Counted from the stretch's first letter, positions 19,682-28,218 are shown. The stretch: DNA of 64,000 nt from a virus (IMGVR_UViG_3300022594_000001), one strand, 5' to 3'. Notes: generated by a model from the sequence alone, not told the origin. Made by a program: numbers and translations.

Positions 19682-20410
19682 ATGGATCGCAAAACAATAC
19701 CTTTTCAAAATGTAGGCTATGCTCTGCACCGATTTAGTGATGAAGAATTACAGCCTATCTGGAATGAAATTAATGAAATCATTAATGACGATACTGGCAT
19801 ACACAAAATGAATGACGAGCTTGTAGGTAACCTATTGTACGAATACGAGCTAACAAAAACCTACGATCATATTCAGAATTTAATTACCCCTTGCATTTGG
19901 GAATACAACAATATCTTTAACTATCCTAACAACCTAGAAGTATTAAAAGAAGCTAAGATGTTAAAGCTAGATCGCCCATGGGTTAACATTATGCAGAAGC
20001 ATGAGTACAATCCTATACATAATCATTCAGGTGTAATGAGTTTTGTTATCTGGATGAAAGTCCCGTATACAATGGAAGAAGAAAAAGCAGCTAAACCCTA
20101 CGTGCCTAAACACAGTAACATTGCTGGACACTTTGCCCTTCACTATGTAGATACGCTAGGATACATTAAAACAGAAACTATCCCGGTTGACAGTAGCTAT
20201 AATGGGGTTATGTGTTTGTTTCCTGCAAGTATGCATCACTCAGTGTTTCCATACTACAGTTCCGATGATTATCGAGTCACTGTAGCTGGAAATTTTATAT
20301 TTGATCTAAGTACAGAGGATCAAGAAACACTAGGTAAGTATGATACTGCTGCTGCTTGGACTAACCCAAAATCACTTACTGATGTTGAGCCAGTTAAACG
20401 GGCACTTTGA
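19682..20410 (+). CDS. 2OG-Fe(II) oxygenase
   Basis: PWVNI, PIHNHSG, HSVFPY, RVTVAGN; tandem paralogue. Confidence 0.85.
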   Translation: MDRKTIPFQNVGYALHRFSDEELQPIWNEINEIINDDTGIHKMNDELVGNLLYEYELTKTYDHIQNLITPCIWEYNNIFNYPNNLEVLKEAKMLKLDRPWVNIMQKHEYNPIHNHSGVMSFVIWMKVPYTMEEEKAAKPYVPKHSNIAGHFALHYVDTLGYIKTETIPVDSSYNGVMCLFPASMHHSVFPYYSSDDYRVTVAGNFIFDLSTEDQETLGKYDTAAAWTNPKSLTDVEPVKRAL

Positions 20411-21130
20411 TTCTGAGTCTTCTTGAGCACGGCGCACTCGACGTATGCTCTTGTACTTGTTCATAAAGGTAATAGGGCGTGTTTTGTTGCAGAGTAAATC
20501 AAACTCACGCTCAGTTAACATTTCATTTTTAATCACTAGTTCACGCTCACTTAGCGGAACAATATGACACAGGGGCTGTCCATGTTTAATCATGCTGCTG
20601 CCTTTGCTAGTATCGATTAACATGTTTACATTGGTGCTGTAGTTGTAGTGGAAATCAATAGTGCCAAGCATGACTTCCCAACTTTGTTCTTCTAGTTGAT
20701 CCCAGTAGACAGGCATCATAGTCCAGTAAACGTCCTTCTCACTGACAAAGCGCCAAGGGCTAGCAATCTTCATATTAATCTTATTAGGTTTAAATCCACA
20801 GCGCAGCTCAACTTCTTGATAGTCGTTAGTAGTGATTAAATCGCTAAACTGATTAGCAATGCCACCTTGTCCATTAGTACTGATAGCTAAATCAGTCCAC
20901 ATGGGAATAATCAAACCTTGCCCATAATGATCCTGTATGCCTACACAGTTTTTAATAGTCTGTGACAAATGGGTTGATTCCCAATTAACACTACTTTTAG
21001 CAGCAGCTTTCCACCATTCAGGAAAGAACTTGTTAGCCTTTTGGATTGGTGCATATTCGTAAACATGCGAAAATTTTTCACTGACATAGCAGTGTACGGT
21101 TAGTTTAGGTTTGCGGAAAAAGAATATCAT
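20372..21130 (-). CDS. hypothetical protein (possible beta-barrel/dUTPase-like fold)
   Basis: 252-aa ORF, IPMWTD, IKHGQPLCHIVP; AATAAGTA upstream. Confidence 0.6.
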   Translation of the reverse strand: MIFFFRKPKLTVHCYVSEKFSHVYEYAPIQKANKFFPEWWKAAAKSSVNWESTHLSQTIKNCVGIQDHYGQGLIIPMWTDLAISTNGQGGIANQFSDLITTNDYQEVELRCGFKPNKINMKIASPWRFVSEKDVYWTMMPVYWDQLEEQSWEVMLGTIDFHYNYSTNVNMLIDTSKGSSMIKHGQPLCHIVPLSERELVIKNEMLTEREFDLLCNKTRPITFMNKYKSIRRVRRAQEDSESKCPFNWLNISK

Positions 21131-21192
21131 GCAGTACTTATTATTAACAACCGTTTGTCTCGATTGTTTTGATTGTGTCTATAAATACGTGT

Positions 21193-21546
21193 ATGAAGAT
21201 TAGTGAACTGATTCAACCTGAACTTACGCAAAATCAAGGCTACCAAGAACTAGGCCGTTTTACTCACGAAGATTTGACTTTCTATGCTAGTACGCACGGA
21301 AAGGGTGATCTAGCAGTAACAGTAGATGATGCTAACGGTAATCAAATAGCCAATGCTCTGTTTGAAGTAAACGAAGACGGCGATACAGTAAGCAGCCAAG
21401 ATACTTGGGTGCATCAACAGTTTCGTGGACGTGGTATAGCTACCTTAATGTACAATTGGGCACAGCGTTTGGGCAACACAGTGGTTAAATCAAAGACACT
21501 TAGCCGAGCAGGCAAGAAGTTCTGGAAGGCTAGAGAGCAGAAATGA
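21193..21546 (+). CDS. GNAT acetyltransferase with capsid-targeting-like N-terminus
   Basis: MKISELI; VHQQFRGRGIAT motif A; TATAAATA 5 nt upstream. Confidence 0.75.
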   Translation: MKISELIQPELTQNQGYQELGRFTHEDLTFYASTHGKGDLAVTVDDANGNQIANALFEVNEDGDTVSSQDTWVHQQFRGRGIATLMYNWAQRLGNTVVKSKTLSRAGKKFWKAREQK

Positions 21547-22223
21547 AAGTACGTGAAATTATAACAGAACTAGACTTTATGGGCCACACCTGTACAAAGG
21601 ACTGCTCAGGACATCGTGCAGGCTACGGATGGGCTCTAAGTCATGGTGGTGCTACAGCTCAAACTCCTAGCCCCAGCTTTAATAACGGAACAGAAATTGG
21701 CAACGGCAAGTTTAATCAACGTAAGCAAGGTGGCGGTAAGTTTCCACAGTATGTGAGTCAAACACCCAATGCTGTACGCAAGCGTATGGCTCGTGCGCAG
21801 GCCAAGCAGCAGCAACAAACTACTGTTGGACCAGTACAAGATACTACAATTAGCGAAGTAACAGCAGGGCAATACGTAGCCAGTAACACAGTGGCTAGAC
21901 TAGCTGACAGTCCTGTACTACAGCGCATATTTGGGCAGTACGGACCCGGTATGATGCAGGCTGCTACAGATATAGCACAAGGCAAATACAGCTCTGCACT
22001 AGTTAATGCGTTCCAAGCAGTAGCACCAGACTTACCCTTACCTAAGTTTGCACAAAACGGACTAAGTGCTCTTAGCGATATACAGCTACTGAGCAACATA
22101 GTTCGAATGGGTCCAGCAGCAGTGGGAACATTCCTAATGCTGTATTCAAAGGGCGCAGGCGAGGGTGAAGATGCTGAAATAGCACGTATACACCAACAAC
22201 AAGATCGAGCAATGAAACGATGA
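21543..22223 (+). CDS. putative head-internal protein
   Basis: MKVREIITE; CTKDCSGHRAGY Cys/His module. Confidence 0.65.
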   Translation: MKVREIITELDFMGHTCTKDCSGHRAGYGWALSHGGATAQTPSPSFNNGTEIGNGKFNQRKQGGGKFPQYVSQTPNAVRKRMARAQAKQQQQTTVGPVQDTTISEVTAGQYVASNTVARLADSPVLQRIFGQYGPGMMQAATDIAQGKYSSALVNAFQAVAPDLPLPKFAQNGLSALSDIQLLSNIVRMGPAAVGTFLMLYSKGAGEGEDAEIARIHQQQDRAMKR

Positions 22224-22897
22224 GATTTAGAGAATTTATTATAGAGTCAGAAGATCCACTTGGCGATCTAATCAAACAAAAGACTAGCACAGACCCTCTA
22301 GATCAATTAGTCAACATGTTTATCAGTGCCGAGCAGCCTGCCGCACCAGTTAAATCACCAGTAGTCAAAGCACCGCAAACTGCACAGGCAAAACCCTTGC
22401 CACAACAAGTACAACAGCCAGCTAAACCACAACTACAACAAGCAGCCTTGCCCAGTATACCCTCACGCCCAGGCGCAGTAAGTTGGCAAGCGGTCAGTAA
22501 CTATCTAGCACAAAAGGGCTTGAGCAAACAGCATATTATAGGCATGCTGGCTAACATAGAACACGAGTCAGGCTTTGTACCTAGCACACAAGTAGTAGAC
22601 TCAAACGGATTGCCATCAGGCGGATTGTTCCAACATAACGGCCCACGCTTTCAAGCACTACAACAGCGTCTAGGACAAGCATGGGCAAAGAATTGGCAAG
22701 GGCAAGTAGACTATGCTCTAGCTGAGCCAGATGGACAGAAGTATATAGGATTAAAGTTCAAAGATCCGCATCAAGCATCAAAGTGGTGGACACTGCATTT
22801 TGAACGTCCAGCACAAGCACAAAAGCAAGCTACTAAGCGTAGTCAAACGGCAGCCAAATTTGCAGCTCAACCTATAGCCCAAAACGCAAAGCGTTAA
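22220..22897 (+). CDS. phage tail-lysozyme-like (Phage_lysozyme2) protein
   Basis: MRFREFIIE; ANIEHESGF, GLFQH, FERPA. Confidence 0.7.
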   Translation: MRFREFIIESEDPLGDLIKQKTSTDPLDQLVNMFISAEQPAAPVKSPVVKAPQTAQAKPLPQQVQQPAKPQLQQAALPSIPSRPGAVSWQAVSNYLAQKGLSKQHIIGMLANIEHESGFVPSTQVVDSNGLPSGGLFQHNGPRFQALQQRLGQAWAKNWQGQVDYALAEPDGQKYIGLKFKDPHQASKWWTLHFERPAQAQKQATKRSQTAAKFAAQPIAQNAKR

Positions 22898-22900
22898 GAT

Positions 22901-23578
22901 TTACAATCCCCTACTATCCGGTGGTCCAGTTCTGCGTACAGCATGAATGCCCTTTGACAAGGGTTTATTATTGTGACGTTTAGTTAATGCAGGGTTAGAA
23001 CTAGTCTTAAGTCTAGCAGCCAAGTGTTGATCTTTTAATTCTTCATAGTTAGGTTGTTTTCTTAAGTGCCGCCAAACAGCAGTCTTCTTTACTAAAGATC
23101 CGATCTTATCTACTATCTCAGGCAATTGATACCCATTAGTATACAAGTTAACAATCTTAGCGCCTATTTCTGGAGTAACTTTGAAATTAACAAGACCATC
23201 AGGTTCTGCTCGTCGTAAAGACATTACTCTATAAAATTCCTCATCCCCTATCAACTTTCTAATTAGATAATGCACAGTAGCAGCTTGGTTGTAGCCATAT
23301 TCTTTTTCTATTTGTGATAGCGAAGCGCCTGATAAAAACAATTTAACAATACGATCACGATCTTCATCAGTTAAGGCACGTGTTGTCGACACTATTTTGC
23401 CTTTACGATCAGGATAGTATTTTCTAAGAATATGATCAACACTATTTACTGTCATACCTAGTGCAGCAGCAATTTCACGTTGCTGCTTTCCTTGATCCCA
23501 CAGGCCCTTAATCCGATCAACTGTAGCTGGGTCAGTCGTAACAGTTGGGCCTTCAGATATAATTTCGAAAATCTTCAT
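22901..23578 (-). CDS. triple helix-turn-helix protein
   Basis: MKIFEIISE then three repeats of I..L(W/F/Y)..G....EI....G. Confidence 0.7.
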   Translation of the reverse strand: MKIFEIISEGPTVTTDPATVDRIKGLWDQGKQQREIAAALGMTVNSVDHILRKYYPDRKGKIVSTTRALTDEDRDRIVKLFLSGASLSQIEKEYGYNQAATVHYLIRKLIGDEEFYRVMSLRRAEPDGLVNFKVTPEIGAKIVNLYTNGYQLPEIVDKIGSLVKKTAVWRHLRKQPNYEELKDQHLAARLKTSSNPALTKRHNNKPLSKGIHAVRRTGPPDSRGL

Positions 23579-23589
23579 ACGTGTATTTA

Positions 23590-23660
23590 TAACGCGAAGC
23601 GTTAAGCGGTTTTTTAAGCTCGCGAAGCGCAGCGTAAAAGCCTACTGCTACGAAGTAGCA
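23590..23660 (+). other. cluster of three GAA-triloop mini-hairpins
   Basis: TAACGC-GAA-GCGTTA, CGC-GAA-GCG, TGCTAC-GAA-GTAGCA. Confidence 0.7.
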
Positions 23661-23696
23661 CAGCGGTAAAACGCGATACGAGCGTAACTGCTAGCA

Positions 23697-23912
23697 TTAC
23701 CTCTCACTGTCCTTCAACCTATCGCATATACCCTTAATCAACCTGTGCCGTTCACTGACGTCTACCCTTGATGCACTTATACGCTCAATATCATCTAGCG
23801 CAGTTTCAAGCAGTTCGATTCTGTTGAGCGCAGTATAGTAACGCTCACGCAATGTGCTAGCTTGTAGAACGCTGATGAGTTTGGCTAGTAGGATGGGAAT
23901 AAGGTTATGCAC
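23697..23912 (-). CDS. hypothetical protein
   Basis: GTG start 7 nt after TTGCAA-17-TATACT. Confidence 0.55.
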   Translation of the reverse strand: MHNLIPILLAKLISVLQASTLRERYYTALNRIELLETALDDIERISASRVDVSERHRLIKGICDRLKDSER

Positions 23913-24099
23913 TGTTTTAGTATACAGTCAGAAATGGGTATTTGCAACCTAAAATTTTCTAGCGCAAAAAAAATTAGTGGAGTACTTAGGATTTCGGTGG
24001 GGTCAGTTTTGGATCGGGAACGAATGGTTTTTGGCTTGTGGGATAGGCTAGTTTAAATGGTAAACTAGTGCGCCAATTGGGATTTGGGTATAGCATAGA

Positions 24100-24288
24100 T
24101 TAGGCTAAAAATTCTATATAAAACGCTAGAGCTGCGAGTATAGTGATTGTATAGATCCAACCGTAAGTTTGCCAATGAGTCAGCTCAGAACTAGAGTAGA
24201 CACGGTAGAAACAGTCGTAGTCTGGGTCGTAGCGATACTGCTTACCTTTGTGTACTATGTAGTGTAGATATTCGTCATTGTAGTCCAT
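24100..24288 (-). CDS. small membrane protein
   Basis: C-terminal hydrophobic helix. Confidence 0.6.
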   Translation of the reverse strand: MDYNDEYLHYIVHKGKQYRYDPDYDCFYRVYSSSELTHWQTYGWIYTITILAALAFYIEFLA

Positions 24289-24529
24289 ACTAGTATATAG
24301 TAGAGAATAGTTCTGGTGGGAGACAATTATGACGGGGTTTTAACGGGCCCAGAATTGGTCCCTTGCTCCGCAAAATCTAGTCGCGCAAAAAATATAAAAG
24401 AAGTACTTACAGATTCATGATGGTGATTTTGCGTCTATACCCACTGAAATTTGCACGCCAAAATTAACAATTAAGTATTAATTAAAAACGTATAGCCGGC
24501 CACCACTTTTAAAAAAAATCTTTTTATAT

Positions 24530-24576
24530 AGCCCCGACCGTTGAAATCTTTGAAACCTTTCAGTCGCTCCGGGGCT
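24530..24576. repeat. AGCCCC-N35-GGGGCT cassette
   Basis: TAGCCCCG..CGGGGCTA arms. Confidence 0.85.
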
Positions 24577-24654
24577 AGGTCCACAAGCTCGACACACAGC
24601 CCCACAAGAGCAGCGGTTGCTGCTGGCGATAAGGTATGGCTCTGCACAGCCGTT

Positions 24655-24690
24655 AAAAAGCCCTACAAGCTATTAACTGCGTGTAGGGCT
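24655..24690 (-). terminator. terminator downstream of the 24713-25078 gene
   Basis: AGCCCTACA..TGTAGGGCT then T5 on minus strand. Confidence 0.7.
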
Positions 24691-24712
24691 AGTAGGCTAT
24701 GCTAGTGCTAGC

Positions 24713-25078
24713 TTAGTGTAAGCGTAGCTTGCTTAGGAGTGCGTCCGTTGCCCGTTTAGCTTGTGCATCAGCGCCCTGTGCGCTTACAATGTGTTGCGTA
24801 ATGTCTAGCTCTGCACTGCCTGCTAAGTCTGCTACATGCTTTAACAGTGTGTCCATTACTGCACTTGCGCCAGCGTTCAGCTTTAACTGTGCTTCTAGCA
24901 TATTAGCCATGTGCATTTGTATGTGTTGCTCGTAGTCGTGTGCATAGTTTGTAGCAATCCACTCTGCTACTTCTACTTCGTCTTCTAGCTCTTTAACAAA
25001 AATAGCCAGCGTAATCATCTTGTTGTGCTCGTGTGCTTGCCCAATAAACGCTTTTTTAAGTTCCGCAGTTGTAGTCAT
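24713..25078 (-). CDS. early hypothetical protein (TC/CC-free coding strand)
   Basis: GGAGCG RBS, TGnTATACT promoter, terminator. Confidence 0.85.
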   Translation of the reverse strand: MTTTAELKKAFIGQAHEHNKMITLAIFVKELEDEVEVAEWIATNYAHDYEQHIQMHMANMLEAQLKLNAGASAVMDTLLKHVADLAGSAELDITQHIVSAQGADAQAKRATDALLSKLRLH

Positions 25079-25222
25079 CTTGCGCTCCTAGTAGTTGCAC
25101 TGCCCGTTGCAGTATTACAAGTATAACACCTTTTGTTAGTTGTGCAAAAGTCGTTTGTTGTATTTGTGCAACATGTGTTAGCCATACGCTAGTTGTTCAC
25201 GTTATACCTCGGGGCAGCAGTT

Positions 25223-25353
25223 AGCCCCAATGGGCAAAAGTAAACAGCAGCGTTGCGCAGCATTGGGGCTAAACCCCAATGAGCGCAGCTAACACATTGT
25301 CATTGGGGCTCAGCGTTAGCCCCTGGGTGCATTCTGCAGTAGTCTCTGTGGCT
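25223..25353. repeat. three tandem AGCCCC/GGGGCT cassettes
   Basis: Spacers 36, 27, 24 nt; TTAGCCCCAATG/CATTGGGGCTAA 12-bp arms. Confidence 0.8.
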
Positions 25354-25371
25354 TATACGTCGTGCAGAGTC

Positions 25372-25400
25372 AAAAAAAACCCGGAGTATTAGTCCGGGCT
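25372..25400 (-). terminator. terminator
   Basis: CCCGGA..TCCGGG then T8 on minus strand. Confidence 0.7.
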
Positions 25401-25438
25401 GTAAAAGTTGCCTTAGCGCAACTAGGAGGGTAAACTTG

Positions 25439-25615
25439 TTATGCTTCGCCTTCTATGCGTAGCATTATTAATCCTGCAAACATCAAGCAACAGCCGCCTA
25501 GGCTAACGAAGAAACTACCAAACACTTGCCAGTTGTTTAGTGCTGTCTCTACCCCGCCTACGCCACCAAATGCAATCAATAAACCTAGTAACAATACTGC
25601 TCCGCCTTTAGTCAT
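25439..25615 (-). CDS. small membrane protein (58 aa)
   Basis: AAGGAG RBS; two hydrophobic segments; below ORF-track cutoff. Confidence 0.7.
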   Translation of the reverse strand: MTKGGAVLLLGLLIAFGGVGGVETALNNWQVFGSFFVSLGGCCLMFAGLIMLRIEGEA

Positions 25616-25616
25616 A

Positions 25617-25778
25617 TCAAACTCCTTGTGGTGTTGTTAAAATAATTGTACGCTTAAACACACGCTCGTCAATGTCTATTAGCCTACTACGTCTAATAGC
25701 CTGCTTGCGACTAGGCGCCCAAATTTCTACGCAAACTGTACGACTAGCAAGTGCAATGGCAATAGTGTATTTGTTCAT
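25617..25778 (-). CDS. small basic protein (53 aa), leaderless
   Basis: TTGCAC-16-TATACT then 6 nt to ATG. Confidence 0.55.
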   Translation of the reverse strand: MNKYTIAIALASRTVCVEIWAPSRKQAIRRSRLIDIDERVFKRTIILTTPQGV

Positions 25779-25884
25779 GTAGCTAGTATACAGTCATTTT
25801 GAGCGTGTGCAACAATTATTTTTGTCTGTTGTAAAGTCACACGCCGCTGCGGTAGTTGCAGATTGGGCAGCTGGGGCTATGCTA

Positions 25885-25931
25885 CGCCCCACGGAGGCGA
25901 TTTCGCATTCAAGATTTCACCAGGTGGGGCT
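25885..25931. repeat. CGCCCC-N35-GGGGCT cassette
   Basis: GCCCCAC..GTGGGGC arms; extra GGGGCT at 25873. Confidence 0.75.
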
Positions 25932-25940
25932 AGCTTAGTT

Positions 25941-25969
25941 AAAAAAATAGCGTAGCCGTGCTACGCTAT
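25941..25969 (-). terminator. terminator
   Basis: ATAGCGTAGC-ACG-GCTACGCTAT then T tract on minus strand. Confidence 0.8.
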
Positions 25970-25982
25970 GCAATTGCTGCTG

Positions 25983-26591
25983 TTAAACAGTAAGGCTTTG
26001 CTTTTGTGCGTTAAGCTGTACAATGCTGTCTAGCGCAATTGTGCGCACTTGCACTGTATGCAGTACGTCGTGCGTTTTGTTATGCACTACATTTGTCCCC
26101 GCTAGTAAGTCCTTTGCTGCGCTAGCTGTTAGCAAGGCTGCTACTTGTTGCTTAGTTGCTAGCGTGTTGTCAATAAACAACAAGCTATTAGCTGTGTTGT
26201 AAATTGCAAACAAATAAAACTTAGTTGCGTCTGTTTTGTGTTGCACTAAACTAAAAGTACTAGTGTGTGCAAAGTAATTGTCTTGCTGCTCAAACCCCGC
26301 AACGTTTTGTGCAGCATTATCTGCAATTTGTGCGGCTGTGCGCTTAACTGCTGCTGCGTAAACGTTTTTAAAATCGTTAACGTTGTTAAAAAGCTGTATG
26401 CTAGCTTGTGTAACTTTTTGCACGTTAACTGCTTTGTGCGCTGCTGCTGTTTTTACTTGCGTAACTTGCAGTACGCTTGCTAGTGTTATGCCGCGCACGT
26501 TTTGCAGTAGTTGCGCTACTTGCTGTGCGGTAATTGTGTTGTTGTTTGCACGTTGTTGCAATGCTTGCTGTGCTGTTGCTAGTGTTAACAT
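25983..26591 (-). CDS. early hypothetical protein (TC-free coding strand)
   Basis: GGAGCG RBS, GGTGTTATAGT -10, terminator; 202 aa with no P/W/C. Confidence 0.85.
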   Translation of the reverse strand: MLTLATAQQALQQRANNNTITAQQVAQLLQNVRGITLASVLQVTQVKTAAAHKAVNVQKVTQASIQLFNNVNDFKNVYAAAVKRTAAQIADNAAQNVAGFEQQDNYFAHTSTFSLVQHKTDATKFYLFAIYNTANSLLFIDNTLATKQQVAALLTASAAKDLLAGTNVVHNKTHDVLHTVQVRTIALDSIVQLNAQKQSLTV

Positions 26592-26743
26592 TTTGCGCTC
26601 CTAGTTGTTGCTGTGCTTTATTGCACGTAGTAACTATAACACCATTTTTGCGTTTGTGCGCATTTTTTTTAAATTATTTTTGTTGTATTTGCGCAACACG
26701 CATAGCCGTGCAGCAATAAAGTTGATGAATTTATTAAGGTTCC

Positions 26744-26901
26744 GGGGCTGTGCATAGCCCCACAGGGGACCTCTAAGATATCAGATCGATCGCTGCGGGG
26801 CTAACCACACGTTAGAAACCTAGGCGAAGAAAATCAATTTGCGGGGCTAGCTACGCCCCAGTCTCAGCAGCGGCTGCGTAGCAGAAATTCAGAGTGGGGC
26901 G
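26744..26901. repeat. cassette cluster in divergent promoter region
   Basis: Units 26756/26797 (35 nt) and 26854/26896 (36 nt); extra GGGGCT at 26744 and 26843. Confidence 0.8.
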
Positions 26902-26942
26902 GATCCCCGGAGGCAATGTTGAAGTAACCTCCGCGGCAGTTG

Positions 26943-26970
26943 TTGACAGGTGTGCTTTTGGTGTTATACT
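26943..26970 (+). promoter_or_regulatory. early promoter
   Basis: TTGACA-16-TATACT with TTTTGGTGT extended -10, a motif shared with promoters at about 25120, 26635, 32340, 33375, 33790, 47215. Confidence 0.8.
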
Positions 26971-27000
26971 ATGAGTGTTATTAACTAACTAGGAGCGTGT

Positions 27001-27264
27001 ATGTACTGGGTTAAAACAGAAGTAAGCAGTTTTGAAGACGGACGCAAGTTGCTAGCCACATGCGAAACACTTGATGCTGCGATACAAGAGTGTGCGGAGT
27101 GGGCAGAATATGACGATGTGCGTGTTTGGGTAGAAGATCAACATGGCGGAATCGTTCACGAGTTTGAAGGTTACGCAGATGCGGTGGAGTTCTTGTATCC
27201 TGAAGAAGACGACGGACAACCTACAGAGTTAGAAGAATGGATGGACTTTGATCCAGATTGTTAA
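27001..27264 (+). CDS. small acidic early protein
   Basis: 26/87 D+E; C-terminal DDGQPTELEEWMDFDPDC; GGAGCG RBS. Confidence 0.85.
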   Translation: MYWVKTEVSSFEDGRKLLATCETLDAAIQECAEWAEYDDVRVWVEDQHGGIVHEFEGYADAVEFLYPEEDDGQPTELEEWMDFDPDC

Positions 27265-27283
27265 TACAATCTAACTAATCTAC

Positions 27284-27307
27284 AAGCAGGATTCGTCCTG
27301 CTTTTTT
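27284..27307 (+). terminator. terminator
   Basis: AAGCAGGA-TTCG-TCCTGCTT then T tract. Confidence 0.85.
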
Positions 27308-27639
27308 ATTTGTCACAAAGAGCCCCAAGTAGTTCTCTGCTGTAGTTCGCAGCAGTTTGGGGCTCTAGTCTTTTATTCTCCTAAAAGTCTCCGGATTCTC
27401 CAAAGCCCCACGGGAGCGCACATGATGAATTCATCTTTGTCGTTCGGGGCTATAGACGTAAGTTGTTGATTTATATAGACCGGTATTCTTAGCCCCGGAT
27501 CTGAATTCAGATGAATTCATCATCGCATCGGTGGGGCTAGGCGGTTTCCTGCAATCTATAATCTACTAAACAGCGGGGCCAGCCCCACCTACAGTGTGCG
27601 ACGCATACTTAGATTCTTGAGGCTCTGTGCAAAAAGATG

Positions 27640-27667
27640 TTGACAAGATCTAATTTTCTTTTACAAT
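27640..27667 (+). promoter_or_regulatory. orphan sigma70-type promoter
   Basis: TTGACA-16-TACAAT, no ORF downstream. Confidence 0.55.
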
Positions 27668-27780
27668 ACACATATGCAGTAGCGAAGCTCTGACTATAAT
27701 TTCTTTAGCCCCACTTACTACACATGCTGCTGCCCATGGGGCTCTGCGTAATACTAGTGAAAGCCATGACTAAAGTTTTC

Positions 27781-27845
27781 TTGACAGCAGCTTTTTTGCG
27801 TGTAAAGTTAGCAATACAGCAGCAATGCATAGATCTTTAAAAATT
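27781..27845 (+). promoter_or_regulatory. orphan promoter followed by boxA-like element
   Basis: TTGACA-16-TAAAGT then GATCTTTAAAAATT. Confidence 0.45.
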
Positions 27846-28061
27846 CATACAGAGGTAATTTTTGATGCTCAATCGGCTCGAGTGGGGCTTTAGACTAGCC
27901 TCGTTTGCAGCCACGTGGTCACATGCAGCAGGGTGGGGCTGTAGCCGTACGCAGGATATCGTTGAATAAATTCAACCTGCCCGGGGCTGTTAGTAAGTGC
28001 TTACTAACTTAGTAGCCGTGCGTTTTGGTTTATGGTTTCGATCATTCAGAGACGGGGTTGA

Positions 28062-28136
28062 TGGTCCGCCCTCCAGGAATCGAACCTGGATCCACAGCTT
28101 AGAAGGCTGCTGCACTGTCCATTGTGCTAAGGGCAG
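28062..28136 (-). tRNA. tRNA-Arg (UCU)
   Basis: Full cloverleaf, CT-TCT-AA loop, TTCGATT, encoded CCA. Confidence 0.95.
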
Positions 28137-28137
28137 A

Positions 28138-28212
28138 TGGTGGGCCAACTAGGAATTGAACCTAGACTCAATCGATTATGAGTCGACTGCTTTACCATTA
28201 AGCTATTGGCCC
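28138..28212 (-). tRNA. tRNA with CAU anticodon, probably Ile2 (lysidine type)
   Basis: Cloverleaf, GACTCATAATC arm as in ileX-type tRNAs, G1-C72 pair, encoded CCA. Confidence 0.9.
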
Positions 28213-28218
28213 AGGTTC

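Larger units (their letters stand above)
27321..27988. repeat. non-coding array of seven cassettes
   Basis: Left cores 27321, 27404, 27491, 27581, 27707, 27897, 27943; spacers 32, 36, 36, 32, 25, 32, 34 nt. Confidence 0.85.

Noticed and set aside
24471-24485. CtrA-like TTAA-N7-TTAA box
   Set aside because: Single hit in a very AT-rich tract; expected by chance
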